Positions 39,992-49,674 of a stretch of 64,000 nt of DNA are shown piece by piece. The position numbers and the translations under genes were made by a program. Positions within the stretch are counted from its first letter, which is position 1. Every line of letters starts with the position of its first letter. A model generated the notes under the pieces. It was not told where the DNA came from and did not search any database. It worked only from the letters and a program-made list of their open reading frames with translations. The stretch lies in assembly GCA_963783375.1 (NCBI GenBank), contig CAWANH010000028.1, forward strand, positions 1,248,001 through 1,312,000, given 5' to 3'. This DNA is from Candidatus Eiseniibacteriota bacterium. GTDB lineage: Bacteria; Eisenbacteria; RBG-16-71-46; JABDJR01.

Positions 39992-40540
39992 CTACATGAA
40001 GACCCAGATCTGGGCCGCGCGGTCGCGGGCCACCCGCTCGGGCTCGAATTCGCCGCCCTCGGCGTACTTCGCCCCCAGGCCCTGGGTGGAGATCCGCTCC
40101 GCCGGAATCCCATGGCTCACCAGGTATTTCTTGGCCGCATCGGCCCGGGCCCGGGCGAGGCTCGCCGCGTTCCCCGCCTCGCCGCGGTTGTCGGTGAGGC
40201 CCACCGCGAGGACGTGCCAGCGGGTGTTCACCTTGAGCTCCCGGACCGCCTCGATGAGCGCTCCCTGGGCCTCCTGGTTCAGTGACGAGGATCCCTGGGG
40301 GAAGGTGACGGTCTTCAGAAGCTTCTGCACCTCGAGCCCGGAGGGGACCGCCGGAGCCTCGGAGTAGGTCCAGGTGGTGACCGGGGGGGGGATATCGGGT
40401 TTCGTGGGCCGGCCCCCGTAGATTTCCTGTCCCTGGCTCGTCATGGGCCGCGGTTCGTTCTTGGACTTGTAGAGATTGGCGCAGCCGCCGACCGACAGCG
40501 CGGTGATCGCCAGCCCGAGGCCGACCCGGACCGCCACCAC
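39992..40540 (-). CDS. OmpA/Pal-like peptidoglycan-binding lipoprotein
   Basis: Lipobox VGGC, F..GSS.L, GLTD..G..N..LA..RA; start codon uncertain. Confidence 0.82.
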   Translation of the reverse strand: MVAVRVGLGLAITALSVGGCANLYKSKNEPRPMTSQGQEIYGGRPTKPDIPPPVTTWTYSEAPAVPSGLEVQKLLKTVTFPQGSSSLNQEAQGALIEAVRELKVNTRWHVLAVGLTDNRGEAGNAASLARARADAAKKYLVSHGIPAERISTQGLGAKYAEGGEFEPERVARDRAAQIWVFM

Positions 40541-40619
40541 CGACCGCCTCGCTTGTCGCGGTGAGGCCTCGGCCGTAGAATGGGGACTCTCTCCATCCCT
40601 CTTCCCGAATCGGACTCGC

Positions 40620-42053
40620 ATGATCGTTGATTCCAAGCGCATGGTTCCACTCCATTCCGGATCGATCCGTGGTGGACGCGACTTCGTACTCTATTGGATG
40701 CAAGTTCAACGCAGAGCCGAATCCAATGATGCCCTGAATTTCGCGGTCGAGCAAGCCGATGAGCTGGGGCTCCCGGTCCTGGTCTACGAGGGACTTCGCC
40801 ACGACTACCCCCATGCCTCCGACCGCATCCATAGCTTCGTGCTGGAGAATGCCCGCGGACTCCGTAAGCGCCTGCACGAAAAGGGGATGAGGCATGCGTT
40901 CTTCCTCGAGCGCAACCCCCGGGACCGGCGGAAGATCGTGAAAGGGCTTCTGGCCAGGGCCGCCCTGGTGGTGACCGACCACTACCCCGCCTTCATCGTC
41001 CCCGGGCAGAATCGCGCCCTGGCCCGTCTGGCCGAGGCGGCCGGGGTGCCCGCGGTGGCGGTGGATGCCTGCGGGGTGGTTCCCCTGGCCGAGTTTCCCA
41101 AGCGGGAGTACGCGGCCCGCACCCTCCGTCCCAAGCTCCAACGGCTCCTGCCGTTCTACCTGGTCCCGGTCGCCGATCCCCGGCCCCGCCGAAGCGGGCT
41201 CCGGATCGATCCGGGGTTCCGGGAGGAGGACTGGCGGGAATCGACCTCGGCGAAGGTGGCCTCGTGCGCGATCGACCATCGGGTCCCCCCGGTGAGCGCG
41301 CATGTTCCGGGTGGCCGCGCGGCCGCCCTCGCCCGCCTCGAAGCTTTCATCCACCGGGGACTCGACCGCTACGCCGACGCGTCCAACGACCCGGGCGTCG
41401 GCGCGACCTCGGGGCTCAGCCCCTACCTCCACTTCGGCATGATCTCGGCCCGGGAGGTGGCCCTCACCGTGCGGGCCGCCCGCCCCCGCGCCGACCGGAA
41501 CGTGGCCGCCTTCCTGGAGCAGCTCATCGTCCGCCGGGAGCTGGCGTTCAATTTCTGCGCCCGCGAGCCCCGCCACAACTCCCTCCGCGCGATTCCCGAC
41601 TGGGCGCGGCGCACCCTGGCCGAACACGACGGGGACGAGCGCGAGTTCCGCTACCGGCGGGCGGAGTTCGAGGCGGCGCGGACCCACGACGAGCTCTGGA
41701 ACGCCGGCCAGGACGAGATCCGGCTGACCGGGGTCATGCACAACTACGTGCGGATGCTCTGGGGGAAGAAGATCCTGGAGTGGTCGAAGAGCCACGCCGA
41801 GGCGCTCCGCATCATGACCCACCTCAACGACAAGTACGGCCTGGACGGGCGGGACCCCAACTCCTACACCGGTTTTCTCTGGTGCTTCGGGCTCCACGAC
41901 CGGGCCTGGGGGGAGAGGCCGGTCTACGGCAAGATCCGGAGCATGTCGTCGGCCTCCACCCGTCGGAAGGTGGACGCCGACGCCTACATTGCTAGAATCC
42001 GGTCGCTGGGGGCGAAACCGGCCCTCATGAACGCGAACCGGATCGAAGGATGA
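40620..42053 (+). CDS. phrB: Class II CPD DNA photolyase
   Basis: VLYWMQ, SGLSPYLHFG, MHNYVRMLWGKKILEW and DGRDPNSY. Confidence 0.93.
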   Translation: MIVDSKRMVPLHSGSIRGGRDFVLYWMQVQRRAESNDALNFAVEQADELGLPVLVYEGLRHDYPHASDRIHSFVLENARGLRKRLHEKGMRHAFFLERNPRDRRKIVKGLLARAALVVTDHYPAFIVPGQNRALARLAEAAGVPAVAVDACGVVPLAEFPKREYAARTLRPKLQRLLPFYLVPVADPRPRRSGLRIDPGFREEDWRESTSAKVASCAIDHRVPPVSAHVPGGRAAALARLEAFIHRGLDRYADASNDPGVGATSGLSPYLHFGMISAREVALTVRAARPRADRNVAAFLEQLIVRRELAFNFCAREPRHNSLRAIPDWARRTLAEHDGDEREFRYRRAEFEAARTHDELWNAGQDEIRLTGVMHNYVRMLWGKKILEWSKSHAEALRIMTHLNDKYGLDGRDPNSYTGFLWCFGLHDRAWGERPVYGKIRSMSSASTRRKVDADAYIARIRSLGAKPALMNANRIEG

Positions 42054-42057
42054 CGAC

Positions 42058-43044
42058 ATGGACAAGATAATCCTGGACTGGGACACCATCCGCGGCCTGC
42101 TCCTGACCCACGGCCTGCGGATTCTTCTCATCTTCATCGCCTCCTTCGTGGCCTACCGGGTGGTGAAGTTCATCGTGCGCCGGGTGGAGCGGTCGGTGGA
42201 GGACGACGACCCCGATACCAAGAGCGAGGTGGAGAAGCGCGCGGAAACCCTGGGGCGGATCGTGAACCAGGTGTCGATGGTGGTCATCGCGCTCACCGCC
42301 GGGATGCTGCTCATGAAGGAGCTGGGGTTCGAGATCGGCCCCATCATCGCGGGGGCGGGGATCGCCGGGCTGGCCATCGGCTTCGGGGCCCAGAACCTGG
42401 TCCGGGATCTCATCACCGGCTTCTTCATCCTCTTCGAGAACCAGTTCCGGGTGGGGGACGTGGTCGAGGTGGCGGGGAAGGGGGGGCTGGTGGAGGCGAT
42501 CAACCTCCGGACCACCGTGCTCCGGGACCTCGAGGGGAACGTGCACGTCATCCCCAACGGGGCGATCGAGACCGTCACCAACCGCACCCGGGAGTGGTCC
42601 CGGATCATGCTCGACGTGGGGGTGGCCTACAAGGAGAGCGTGGACCGGGTGATGGAGGTTCTGGCCGAGATCGGGAAGACCATGGAGGAGGATCCCGAGT
42701 TCGGCCCCAAGATCATGGAGCCCCTGAGCATCCTCGGGGTGAACGAGTTCGCGGACTCCGCGGTCAACGTCCGGGTCGTGTTCAAGACGCGGCCGCTCAT
42801 GCAGTGGGCGGTGGGCCGCGAGTTCCGGCGCCGCATCAAGAACCGGTTCGATGAGGAAGGGATCGAGATCCCCTTTCCCCATCGCACCATTTACATCGGG
42901 GAGGGGGTCCAGGGGACCCTTCCCCACCGGACCGAGGCCGCCCCGCCCGACCCCGAGCGAGGCGGACGGCCGGGCCGGGACCTCACCGACACCGGACCCC
43001 AGATGGGGCCGGGAGAGACCGTCGAGGAGGCGCACGACCGGTGA
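42058..43044 (+). CDS. Small-conductance mechanosensitive channel (MscS family)
   Basis: AGIAGLAIGFGAQNL, ENQFRVGD, IPNG and EIPFP. Confidence 0.93.
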   Translation: MDKIILDWDTIRGLLLTHGLRILLIFIASFVAYRVVKFIVRRVERSVEDDDPDTKSEVEKRAETLGRIVNQVSMVVIALTAGMLLMKELGFEIGPIIAGAGIAGLAIGFGAQNLVRDLITGFFILFENQFRVGDVVEVAGKGGLVEAINLRTTVLRDLEGNVHVIPNGAIETVTNRTREWSRIMLDVGVAYKESVDRVMEVLAEIGKTMEEDPEFGPKIMEPLSILGVNEFADSAVNVRVVFKTRPLMQWAVGREFRRRIKNRFDEEGIEIPFPHRTIYIGEGVQGTLPHRTEAAPPDPERGGRPGRDLTDTGPQMGPGETVEEAHDR

Positions 43045-45161
43045 AGATCTGCGAGGCCCCGGACCGGATCCGGGACGTGGTGCTGAACGGGCTGAGCCTG
43101 AGCCTGGAAGAGATCGTGGCGGTGGCGCGATACCGCGCCCGGGTCAGCCTGGACCCCGCCGCGGCGCGCCGGGTGGGGTTCTCCAGGGCGGTGGTGGAAC
43201 GGCTGGTGGCCGACCGGGCCAAGGTGTACGGGCTCACCACCGGATTCGGATCCAAGCGGGACATCCTGATCGATCCCGAGGAGTTGGGCCAGCTTCAGGA
43301 GAACCTGATCCGGAGCCACGCCTGCGGGGTGGGGGATCCGCTCCGCGAGGACGAGGCGCGGGCGGCCATGCTGCTTCGTGCCAACACCCTGGCCCGGGGA
43401 AATTCCGGGGTGCGCCCGGTGGTGATCGAGGCGCTGCTCGAGTTCCTGAACCGGGACGTCTTTCCCTGGATCCCCTCCAAGGGATCCCTGGGGGCGAGCG
43501 GCGACCTCGCCCCGCTGAGCCATCTCGCGCTGTCCTTGTGCAACGACCCCGAGGCCCGGTTCTACCGCCCCGATCCCGATGAGCCCGCCCCCGACGGTCC
43601 CCGGTCCGAGGGCGGCCGCGCGCCGGACTATGTGGCGAAGCCGACGGCCTGGCGCTTCGGGGCCGCCCCCGAAGGGCTCTTCGGCGGGCGGGACGGGCTC
43701 TCCCCCCTGGTGCTTCGGGCCAAGGAGGGGTTGGCGCTCAACAACGGAACCCAGGTGAGCGTGGCCATCGGAATCCTCACCCTGTTCGACGCCATCGTGC
43801 TGTTGGAGAGCGGGGAGCTGGCCTGCGCCCTGAGCCTCGAGGCCACCAAGGGGGTGCGCGACGCCTTCGACCCCCGTCTTCACGCCGCCCGTCCCCTCGA
43901 GGGCCAGCCCCAGACCGCAGCCAACATCCGCGCCTTCACCGAGGATAGCCAGATCCTCACCGTGCCTCTCAACACCGCCCGGCTCCACCGGGCCCGCTGG
44001 GCGCTGGCCGCGGCGGCGGAGATCCTGGAGGACCGGGAGGGAACGGGGCGAAAGGACCTCGTCGAGCGGGCGCGCGAGCTGGGGGACCGGCTGGTGGCGC
44101 TGGAGGACGACTCCCCCCATCTCCTGGAGCGGGAACGGGCCGCGCTCTCCGCCGCCGAGCGGGATCGCCTCCCCGAGCGTGCGGTGAACCAGCGCATCTA
44201 CCGTGAGGCCCTGGGGCCGATCCGAAGCGAGGTCCTGGCCCTCTATGCCTCGCTCCTGGAGGCGCCCCTGGCCGGGGAGTCGGTCAAGGGACGGGACTTC
44301 CTGGCCGACGCGGTCTCCCAGCTCCAGCTCGCCCTCCCCGAGATGCCCTCGGTCCAGGACGACTACTCATTCCGCTGCACCCCCCAGGTGATCGGGACCA
44401 CCCGCAAGGTGGTGGAGGACGTCCGTCGCACCCTGGTCATCGAAGCCAACAGCGCCACCGACAACCCCCTCATATTCCCTCCCCGGGGGGATGCCTTCGA
44501 GGGCACGGTGGAGGCCTACGCCGCCTCGCTCACCGTGAAGGAATGCCTGGAATCGGTGGTGAGCGGCGGGAACTTCCACGGCGAGCCGATCGCCGTCGCC
44601 CTCGACACCCTCGCGATCGCCCTGGCCGAGCTGGGAAGCATCTCCGAACGTCGCACCGCCCACCTGGTGGACGGGAATCTTTCGAACGGTCTTCCCTCGC
44701 TCCTGGTGGAGCGGAGCGGGCTCAACAACGGCCTCATGATTCCCCAGTACGTGGCCGCCGCCCTGGTGAGCGAGAACAAGGTGCTGGCCCACCCGGCCTC
44801 GGTGGATTCCATCCCCACCTGCGAGAACACCGAGGACCACGTGAGCATGAGTCCCCTGGCCGCGCTCAAGTGCCGTCAGATCCTGGAGAACGTGGAAATC
44901 GTGGTGGCCATCGAGCTCCTGACCGCCTGGCAGGGGGTGTATTTCCGCCGGCCCTTCCGTTGCGGGCGCGCCACCGAGCGGCTCTGGGAGGCGATGGAGG
45001 AGGCGGGGCTCCGGCCGGTGCGCACCGACCGGGTGCTGTACCGGGACATCGACTGGTCGCGGAGCTTCCTGAAGCGGGGCGGAGCGTGGCATCTGGCGCG
45101 CGCGTACGGCGCGGTGGGGGCCGTGGAGACGGGCGCGGATCGGCCTGCCGGGGGCGGATGA
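43041..45161 (+). CDS. hutH: Histidine ammonia-lyase (MIO-dependent) with large insertions
   Basis: YGLTTGFG, LIRSHA, GASGDL, KEGLALNNG, QDDYSFRC, GGNFHG and EDHVSM. Confidence 0.85.
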   Translation: MKICEAPDRIRDVVLNGLSLSLEEIVAVARYRARVSLDPAAARRVGFSRAVVERLVADRAKVYGLTTGFGSKRDILIDPEELGQLQENLIRSHACGVGDPLREDEARAAMLLRANTLARGNSGVRPVVIEALLEFLNRDVFPWIPSKGSLGASGDLAPLSHLALSLCNDPEARFYRPDPDEPAPDGPRSEGGRAPDYVAKPTAWRFGAAPEGLFGGRDGLSPLVLRAKEGLALNNGTQVSVAIGILTLFDAIVLLESGELACALSLEATKGVRDAFDPRLHAARPLEGQPQTAANIRAFTEDSQILTVPLNTARLHRARWALAAAAEILEDREGTGRKDLVERARELGDRLVALEDDSPHLLERERAALSAAERDRLPERAVNQRIYREALGPIRSEVLALYASLLEAPLAGESVKGRDFLADAVSQLQLALPEMPSVQDDYSFRCTPQVIGTTRKVVEDVRRTLVIEANSATDNPLIFPPRGDAFEGTVEAYAASLTVKECLESVVSGGNFHGEPIAVALDTLAIALAELGSISERRTAHLVDGNLSNGLPSLLVERSGLNNGLMIPQYVAAALVSENKVLAHPASVDSIPTCENTEDHVSMSPLAALKCRQILENVEIVVAIELLTAWQGVYFRRPFRCGRATERLWEAMEEAGLRPVRTDRVLYRDIDWSRSFLKRGGAWHLARAYGAVGAVETGADRPAGGG

Positions 45162-45264
45162 GCGAATCCGGGGCCCCGTGGTAGACTTGCCGGCCGACGC
45201 CCCTCGCGCCGGGAAATCCGCGGCCGGCGGGACCTCTCCCCACGGCCGGATCAGAGGAGTCAGC

Positions 45265-46590
45265 ATGTTCGCCGAACGCCGCCGACGATTCATGGATCGG
45301 ATGGGAAGCGGGGTGGCCCTGTTCTTCGCCGCTCCCGAAAAGACCCGCTCCAACGACACCAGCTACAAGTTTCGCCAGGACAGCTACTTTCACTACCTGA
45401 CCGGTTTCAACGAACCCGAAGCCGTCCTGGTCCTTCTTCCCGGGCATCCCGAGCACGAGACGGTCATGTTCGTCAGGCCCCGGGACAAGGAAAAGGAGAC
45501 CTGGAACGGCCGCCGGGCCGGACCCGAGGGGGCCAAGGAGCGCTTCGGCGTCGCCGAGGCTCACACCGTGGACCGGCTCCCCGAACTGCTCCCGGGGTAT
45601 CTCGGAAACGCCGGGTCCCTCTATCACGCCCTCGACCGGTATCCGGAGCGGGACCGCCAGGTCATGGTCGCCCTCGACGCGCTCCGGGGGAAGCTCCGGC
45701 AGGGGATCAAGGCTCCGGCCTCCATCATCGACCCCGCCTCGATCCTCAACGAGATGCGGCTCATGAAGACCCCCGAGGAACTCGAGCGGATGCGGCGGGC
45801 CGCGGTCATCTCGCGGGAAGCCCATCGCGAGGCCATGCGGAGCGCGCGGCCGGGGATGATGGAGTACGAGGTGGAGGCGATCGTCGAGTACGTGTTCCGC
45901 CGGCACGGGGCCGCCGCCCCCGGCTACGGCACCATCGTGGGCAGCGGGATGAACGCCACCATCCTCCACTACGTGGAGAACGAGGCGAAGATGAAGGACG
46001 GCGATCTCCTCCTGATCGACGCCGGAGCGGAGGTCGAGGGATACACCGCGGATATCACCCGCACCTTCCCGGTGAACGGCACGTTCTCCCCGGCCCAGCG
46101 CGAGATCTACGAGATCGTGCTCGACGCCCAGGTGAAGGGCATCGAAGCGACCCGGGTGGGGAACGATTTCGACACCGTCCATCAGGCCTCGCTGCGCGCC
46201 CTGGTGGAGGGGTTGATCCGGGTCGGGGTGGTCCAGGGCACCGCGGACGAGGTGATCGAGAAGGAAACCTACAAGCCCTACTACATGCACCGGACCAGCC
46301 ACTGGCTGGGTCTCGACGTGCACGACGTGGGGGACTACCGGAACGGCAAGGACTGGCGGACGCTGGAGCCGGGGATGGTGCTCACGGTGGAGCCGGGACT
46401 CTACTTCGGCGAGTTCCTGGAGACGGTGCCGGATCGCTATCGGGGGATCGGGGTGCGGATCGAGGACGACGTGCTGGTCACCGAGGGGGGGCCGGAGGTC
46501 CTGACCGCGGGAACGCCCAGAACGGTGGCGGAAGTGGAAGCGACCATGGCCGAGTCGCCGCGCGAGGTGGCCGAACGACCGGGGGTTTGA
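45265..46590 (+). CDS. pepP: Xaa-Pro aminopeptidase
   Basis: FRQDS, LHY, DAG...DITRT, HWLGLDVHD, EPG and RIEDD. Confidence 0.93.
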   Translation: MFAERRRRFMDRMGSGVALFFAAPEKTRSNDTSYKFRQDSYFHYLTGFNEPEAVLVLLPGHPEHETVMFVRPRDKEKETWNGRRAGPEGAKERFGVAEAHTVDRLPELLPGYLGNAGSLYHALDRYPERDRQVMVALDALRGKLRQGIKAPASIIDPASILNEMRLMKTPEELERMRRAAVISREAHREAMRSARPGMMEYEVEAIVEYVFRRHGAAAPGYGTIVGSGMNATILHYVENEAKMKDGDLLLIDAGAEVEGYTADITRTFPVNGTFSPAQREIYEIVLDAQVKGIEATRVGNDFDTVHQASLRALVEGLIRVGVVQGTADEVIEKETYKPYYMHRTSHWLGLDVHDVGDYRNGKDWRTLEPGMVLTVEPGLYFGEFLETVPDRYRGIGVRIEDDVLVTEGGPEVLTAGTPRTVAEVEATMAESPREVAERPGV

Positions 46591-46622
46591 CGCTCCGGGG
46601 AACAACCGGGAAAGGATCGAAC

Positions 46623-47069
46623 ATGCTGAGACCGTGGACGGCTTTGATGGTGGCGGGGACGGCCGCATTGCTGCTGGGGGGCTGCGGCCGGGGGCAGCAG
46701 GCCGCCGACGACGGCGATCGGGCCGCGGTGACCGACCAGGCCGCGGCGGGCGACGAGGCTTCGGCCGCCGCGGAGAACGCGACCCCCGACGCCGGGGGCC
46801 GGATGGTCAAAGTCCCGGAAGGGACGGAACTCGCCGCGACGACCCTGGAGGGGACGATCGGCTGCGGGCACTGCACCTATCACCTGACCCCCGAGTGCGC
46901 CCTGGCCATGAAGACCGCGGACGGCGTGGTCTACGTGATCGAGAACGATCCCGAGCACGAGGCCCACATGGGTGAGCGGTTTTCGGGAAAGCCGATCAGC
47001 GTGACCGGAAGGGTGGGCGAGAAGGACAGCATGAACGTCATCTACGCCGAAAAGGTCGACCTCCGCTGA
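46623..47069 (+). CDS. Lipoprotein with a CxxC...C...H putative metal site (DUF6370-like)
   Basis: Lipobox LGGC; GCGHCTYH...ECALA; C-terminal OB-like ISVTGRV. Confidence 0.7.
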   Translation: MLRPWTALMVAGTAALLLGGCGRGQQAADDGDRAAVTDQAAAGDEASAAAENATPDAGGRMVKVPEGTELAATTLEGTIGCGHCTYHLTPECALAMKTADGVVYVIENDPEHEAHMGERFSGKPISVTGRVGEKDSMNVIYAEKVDLR

Positions 47070-47088
47070 CACGCGGAGTATGGACCGC

Positions 47089-47131
47089 GCGACGCCCCCG
47101 CCCGGAACGATCCGCGGGGGCGTCGTCTTTT
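47089..47131 (+). terminator. Intrinsic terminator
   Basis: GCGACGCCCCCGC/GCGGGGGCGTCGT stem followed by CTTTT. Confidence 0.7.
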
Positions 47132-47153
47132 GGGGCACCAGGGGGAGAGAGCG

Positions 47154-48194
47154 ATGGCGGGCAAGACCTACAAGGTGATGGTGGTGGGGACCGGGTTCGG
47201 ACGGCGGGTGCAGATGCCGGTGTTCCGGGACCATCCCCGTTTCGAGGTCGCGGCGGTGGCGAGCGGCCACGCCGAGAGCGCCCGGGAAGCCGCCCGGGAG
47301 TTCGGGATCTCCCACCACGGGGACGATTGGCGGAAGCTCCTGGAGTCGACCCCGGTGGACGCGGTGAGCGTGACCAGCCCGGTGGTCTTCCACCGGGAGC
47401 AGGCGGTGGGAGCGCTCCGGGCGGGCAAGCACCTGCTCCTGGAGAAGCCGGTGGCCCGGGACGCCGCCGAGGCCGAGGCGATCCTCGGCGCCGGGATGGA
47501 GAGCGGGAGGGAGGCGGCGGTGAACCACGAGTTCCGATACCGCCCCGACGTCCTGACCCTGAAGCGCATGATCGCCGACGGCCGGTTGGGTGAGCTTCGG
47601 GGCATCGAGTTCCGGGACGTCTTTTCGGCATGGGCCGACCCCGCGCGCGCCACCCACGGTTGGTTGAGCCTGGCCGAGATGGGGGGCGGGATGCTGGGCG
47701 CCATCGGATCCCACAACGTGGACATGATGCGATTCCTCACCGGACGCAAGGTGACCGCGGTCTGCGGCTCGACGTGGACGGCGGTGAAGCGCCGGGCGGC
47801 CGCCGGGGGCGCCGTGCGCGAGGTGACCGCGGACGACGCCTCGATCGCGGTTCTCGACCTGGGGGACGGCGTGATCGCGCGCATGGACATCCGGGCCTCG
47901 GTGTGGTGGAACGAGCACAGCATCCGCGCATTCGGATCCCGCGCCACCGCCACCCTGGACGGGAGCTGGAGAATCCATTTCCGGCGCCCCGACGGCGCCG
48001 AGGAGACGGTCGATGCCGATCCGGACCTCGGATGGACTTCGGAGGACCAGGACATCCGGAGGCCGCTCTTCCGACGCCTCCTCGACCGCTTCGCCCGGCG
48101 ACTGGACGGGGAGGCGGTTGACGATCTCGCCACCCTCGAAGAAGGGACGGAGGTGATGCGGGTGCTGGACGCGGTGCGAAGGGGGGGGCGGTGA
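47154..48194 (+). CDS. Gfo/Idh/MocA oxidoreductase
   Basis: GTGFG, EKP, NHEFR and GGGMLGAIGSH. Confidence 0.92.
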   Translation: MAGKTYKVMVVGTGFGRRVQMPVFRDHPRFEVAAVASGHAESAREAAREFGISHHGDDWRKLLESTPVDAVSVTSPVVFHREQAVGALRAGKHLLLEKPVARDAAEAEAILGAGMESGREAAVNHEFRYRPDVLTLKRMIADGRLGELRGIEFRDVFSAWADPARATHGWLSLAEMGGGMLGAIGSHNVDMMRFLTGRKVTAVCGSTWTAVKRRAAAGGAVREVTADDASIAVLDLGDGVIARMDIRASVWWNEHSIRAFGSRATATLDGSWRIHFRRPDGAEETVDADPDLGWTSEDQDIRRPLFRRLLDRFARRLDGEAVDDLATLEEGTEVMRVLDAVRRGGR

Positions 48195-48829
48195 GACGCG
48201 GCGGGTGGGGGCCGGCGGGGTCGCGGGCGGCCTCCCACGGTTTCGCGATCGCCCTGGCGGTGGTCGTGGCCGCCATGACCGCGGTCCCCTCGGCCCGGGC
48301 TCAAAGCGTCCAGGACCTGGTCCGGCAGGCGGCCCCCGAGGACAGCATCTCCCCCGGTCCGCCCCCCTCCCCGTGGACGGTGGTGGCGGGTGAAGTGGGG
48401 TTGGGCTCGACCCTGGCCGCTGCGGCCGGCTACGGGGTGGGGCTCCTGTCCGAGATCTTCTGCAACACCTGCGATGCCTCCAGGCCGGGAGGGGACACCC
48501 CGGGCATCCTGGTGGGCCTCCCCGCGGGAGCGATCGCCGGGGTGTGGCTGATCGGCCGCACCGATCCTCCCCTGGGAAAAGCCGGTGACACCGTCCTGGC
48601 CGCCTTCGCGGGCGCGGCGGTCTTCGGCGGATTCACCAAGATCCTCGAGGAACAGAGCGACGGCGTGCGGTGGGCGGCGGTGGTCTTCCCCGGCGCGCTG
48701 GCCGCGATGGGGTGGAACCGAAGCCGCGCCCTGGTGGAGCCGTCGGTGACCCTGCGGCGCGACCCACCCTCCCGGTGGGGAACGGGCGAACTCCACGCGG
48801 AGCTTCAGGTAGTCCGTCTACGTTTCTAA
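48191..48829 (+). CDS. Hypothetical exported/membrane protein
   Basis: GTGA overlap, signal peptide, Gly-zipper-like hydrophobic helices, C-terminal Phe. Confidence 0.6.
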   Translation: MRRGGWGPAGSRAASHGFAIALAVVVAAMTAVPSARAQSVQDLVRQAAPEDSISPGPPPSPWTVVAGEVGLGSTLAAAAGYGVGLLSEIFCNTCDASRPGGDTPGILVGLPAGAIAGVWLIGRTDPPLGKAGDTVLAAFAGAAVFGGFTKILEEQSDGVRWAAVVFPGALAAMGWNRSRALVEPSVTLRRDPPSRWGTGELHAELQVVRLRF

Positions 48830-48857
48830 CCCGGGACACCGGGCCTACGGTCGCGGT

Positions 48858-49535
48858 CTACTTGATGGGCGTGAACCGTTTCTTGAGGTTCAGGAGGTTC
48901 TGGTCGGGGTCCCACGGATCGTAGCCTTCCCCCCCGCCGAAGTCGAGCCAGCCCAGGTTTTCGGGCTTGATGTCGTCGACCTTCTGGGCGGAGTTGATCG
49001 AGTTGATCCCGCAGGCGACGGTCCGGGCCAACCCGTCCACCGGCCGGGGGATGAGCTTCAGCCGGTCGGGGGAGTGGGCGTTGAGGGTGAAGTAGCCGAC
49101 GACGAGGGGAGTGACGTGCTGGCAGTAGTCCCACTGGCTCCAGGTGAGGAGGTTCCCGCTGTTGGCGCCCGGCCACTCGTCCATGGGCCACTCGAGGAGA
49201 ACGCAGTGCTGCCACGCGTCGATGTCCACCCCGGCGTCCAACGTGTCGTTGTAGGAGATGCCGAACTGCACCCCGGCCATCCCGATCGTGGTGTCGTAGT
49301 CCGCGAGGATGACGTAGGCGTAGTAATCCTGGTCGAGATCCCCTTTGGTGAGCACGTCCTTGAAGGTGGATACCTTGTGGCTCACGCAGGTGACGCGCTT
49401 CACGTTGTCGACGGGGACCAGGTGCATGATCAGCTTGACGTTCGGGTTATCGGAGGCGCGGCTGGGGACGGAAAGGACCGAGGCGGCGGCGAGGACGCTC
49501 AGGACGAGCAAGAAACCCCTTGTGAGTCTGGACAT
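48858..49535 (-). CDS. Hypothetical secreted protein
   Basis: GGAGG RBS, signal peptide ending SRA, four Cys, coding-like codon bias. Confidence 0.7.
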   Translation of the reverse strand: MSRLTRGFLLVLSVLAAASVLSVPSRASDNPNVKLIMHLVPVDNVKRVTCVSHKVSTFKDVLTKGDLDQDYYAYVILADYDTTIGMAGVQFGISYNDTLDAGVDIDAWQHCVLLEWPMDEWPGANSGNLLTWSQWDYCQHVTPLVVGYFTLNAHSPDRLKLIPRPVDGLARTVACGINSINSAQKVDDIKPENLGWLDFGGGEGYDPWDPDQNLLNLKKRFTPIK

Positions 49536-49674
49536 CCGAAAGACCTCCCGGGACGTGGCCCCAACCCCGTACATTTCCTTTGAGATAACAGGGGATAAGA
49601 GTATAGGGTTCCGTTGATTTTGGGTCAACAAAGCCCGGCCTCCGCCGGGAGGCACGAGAGGAGTTCCGGCCAGG

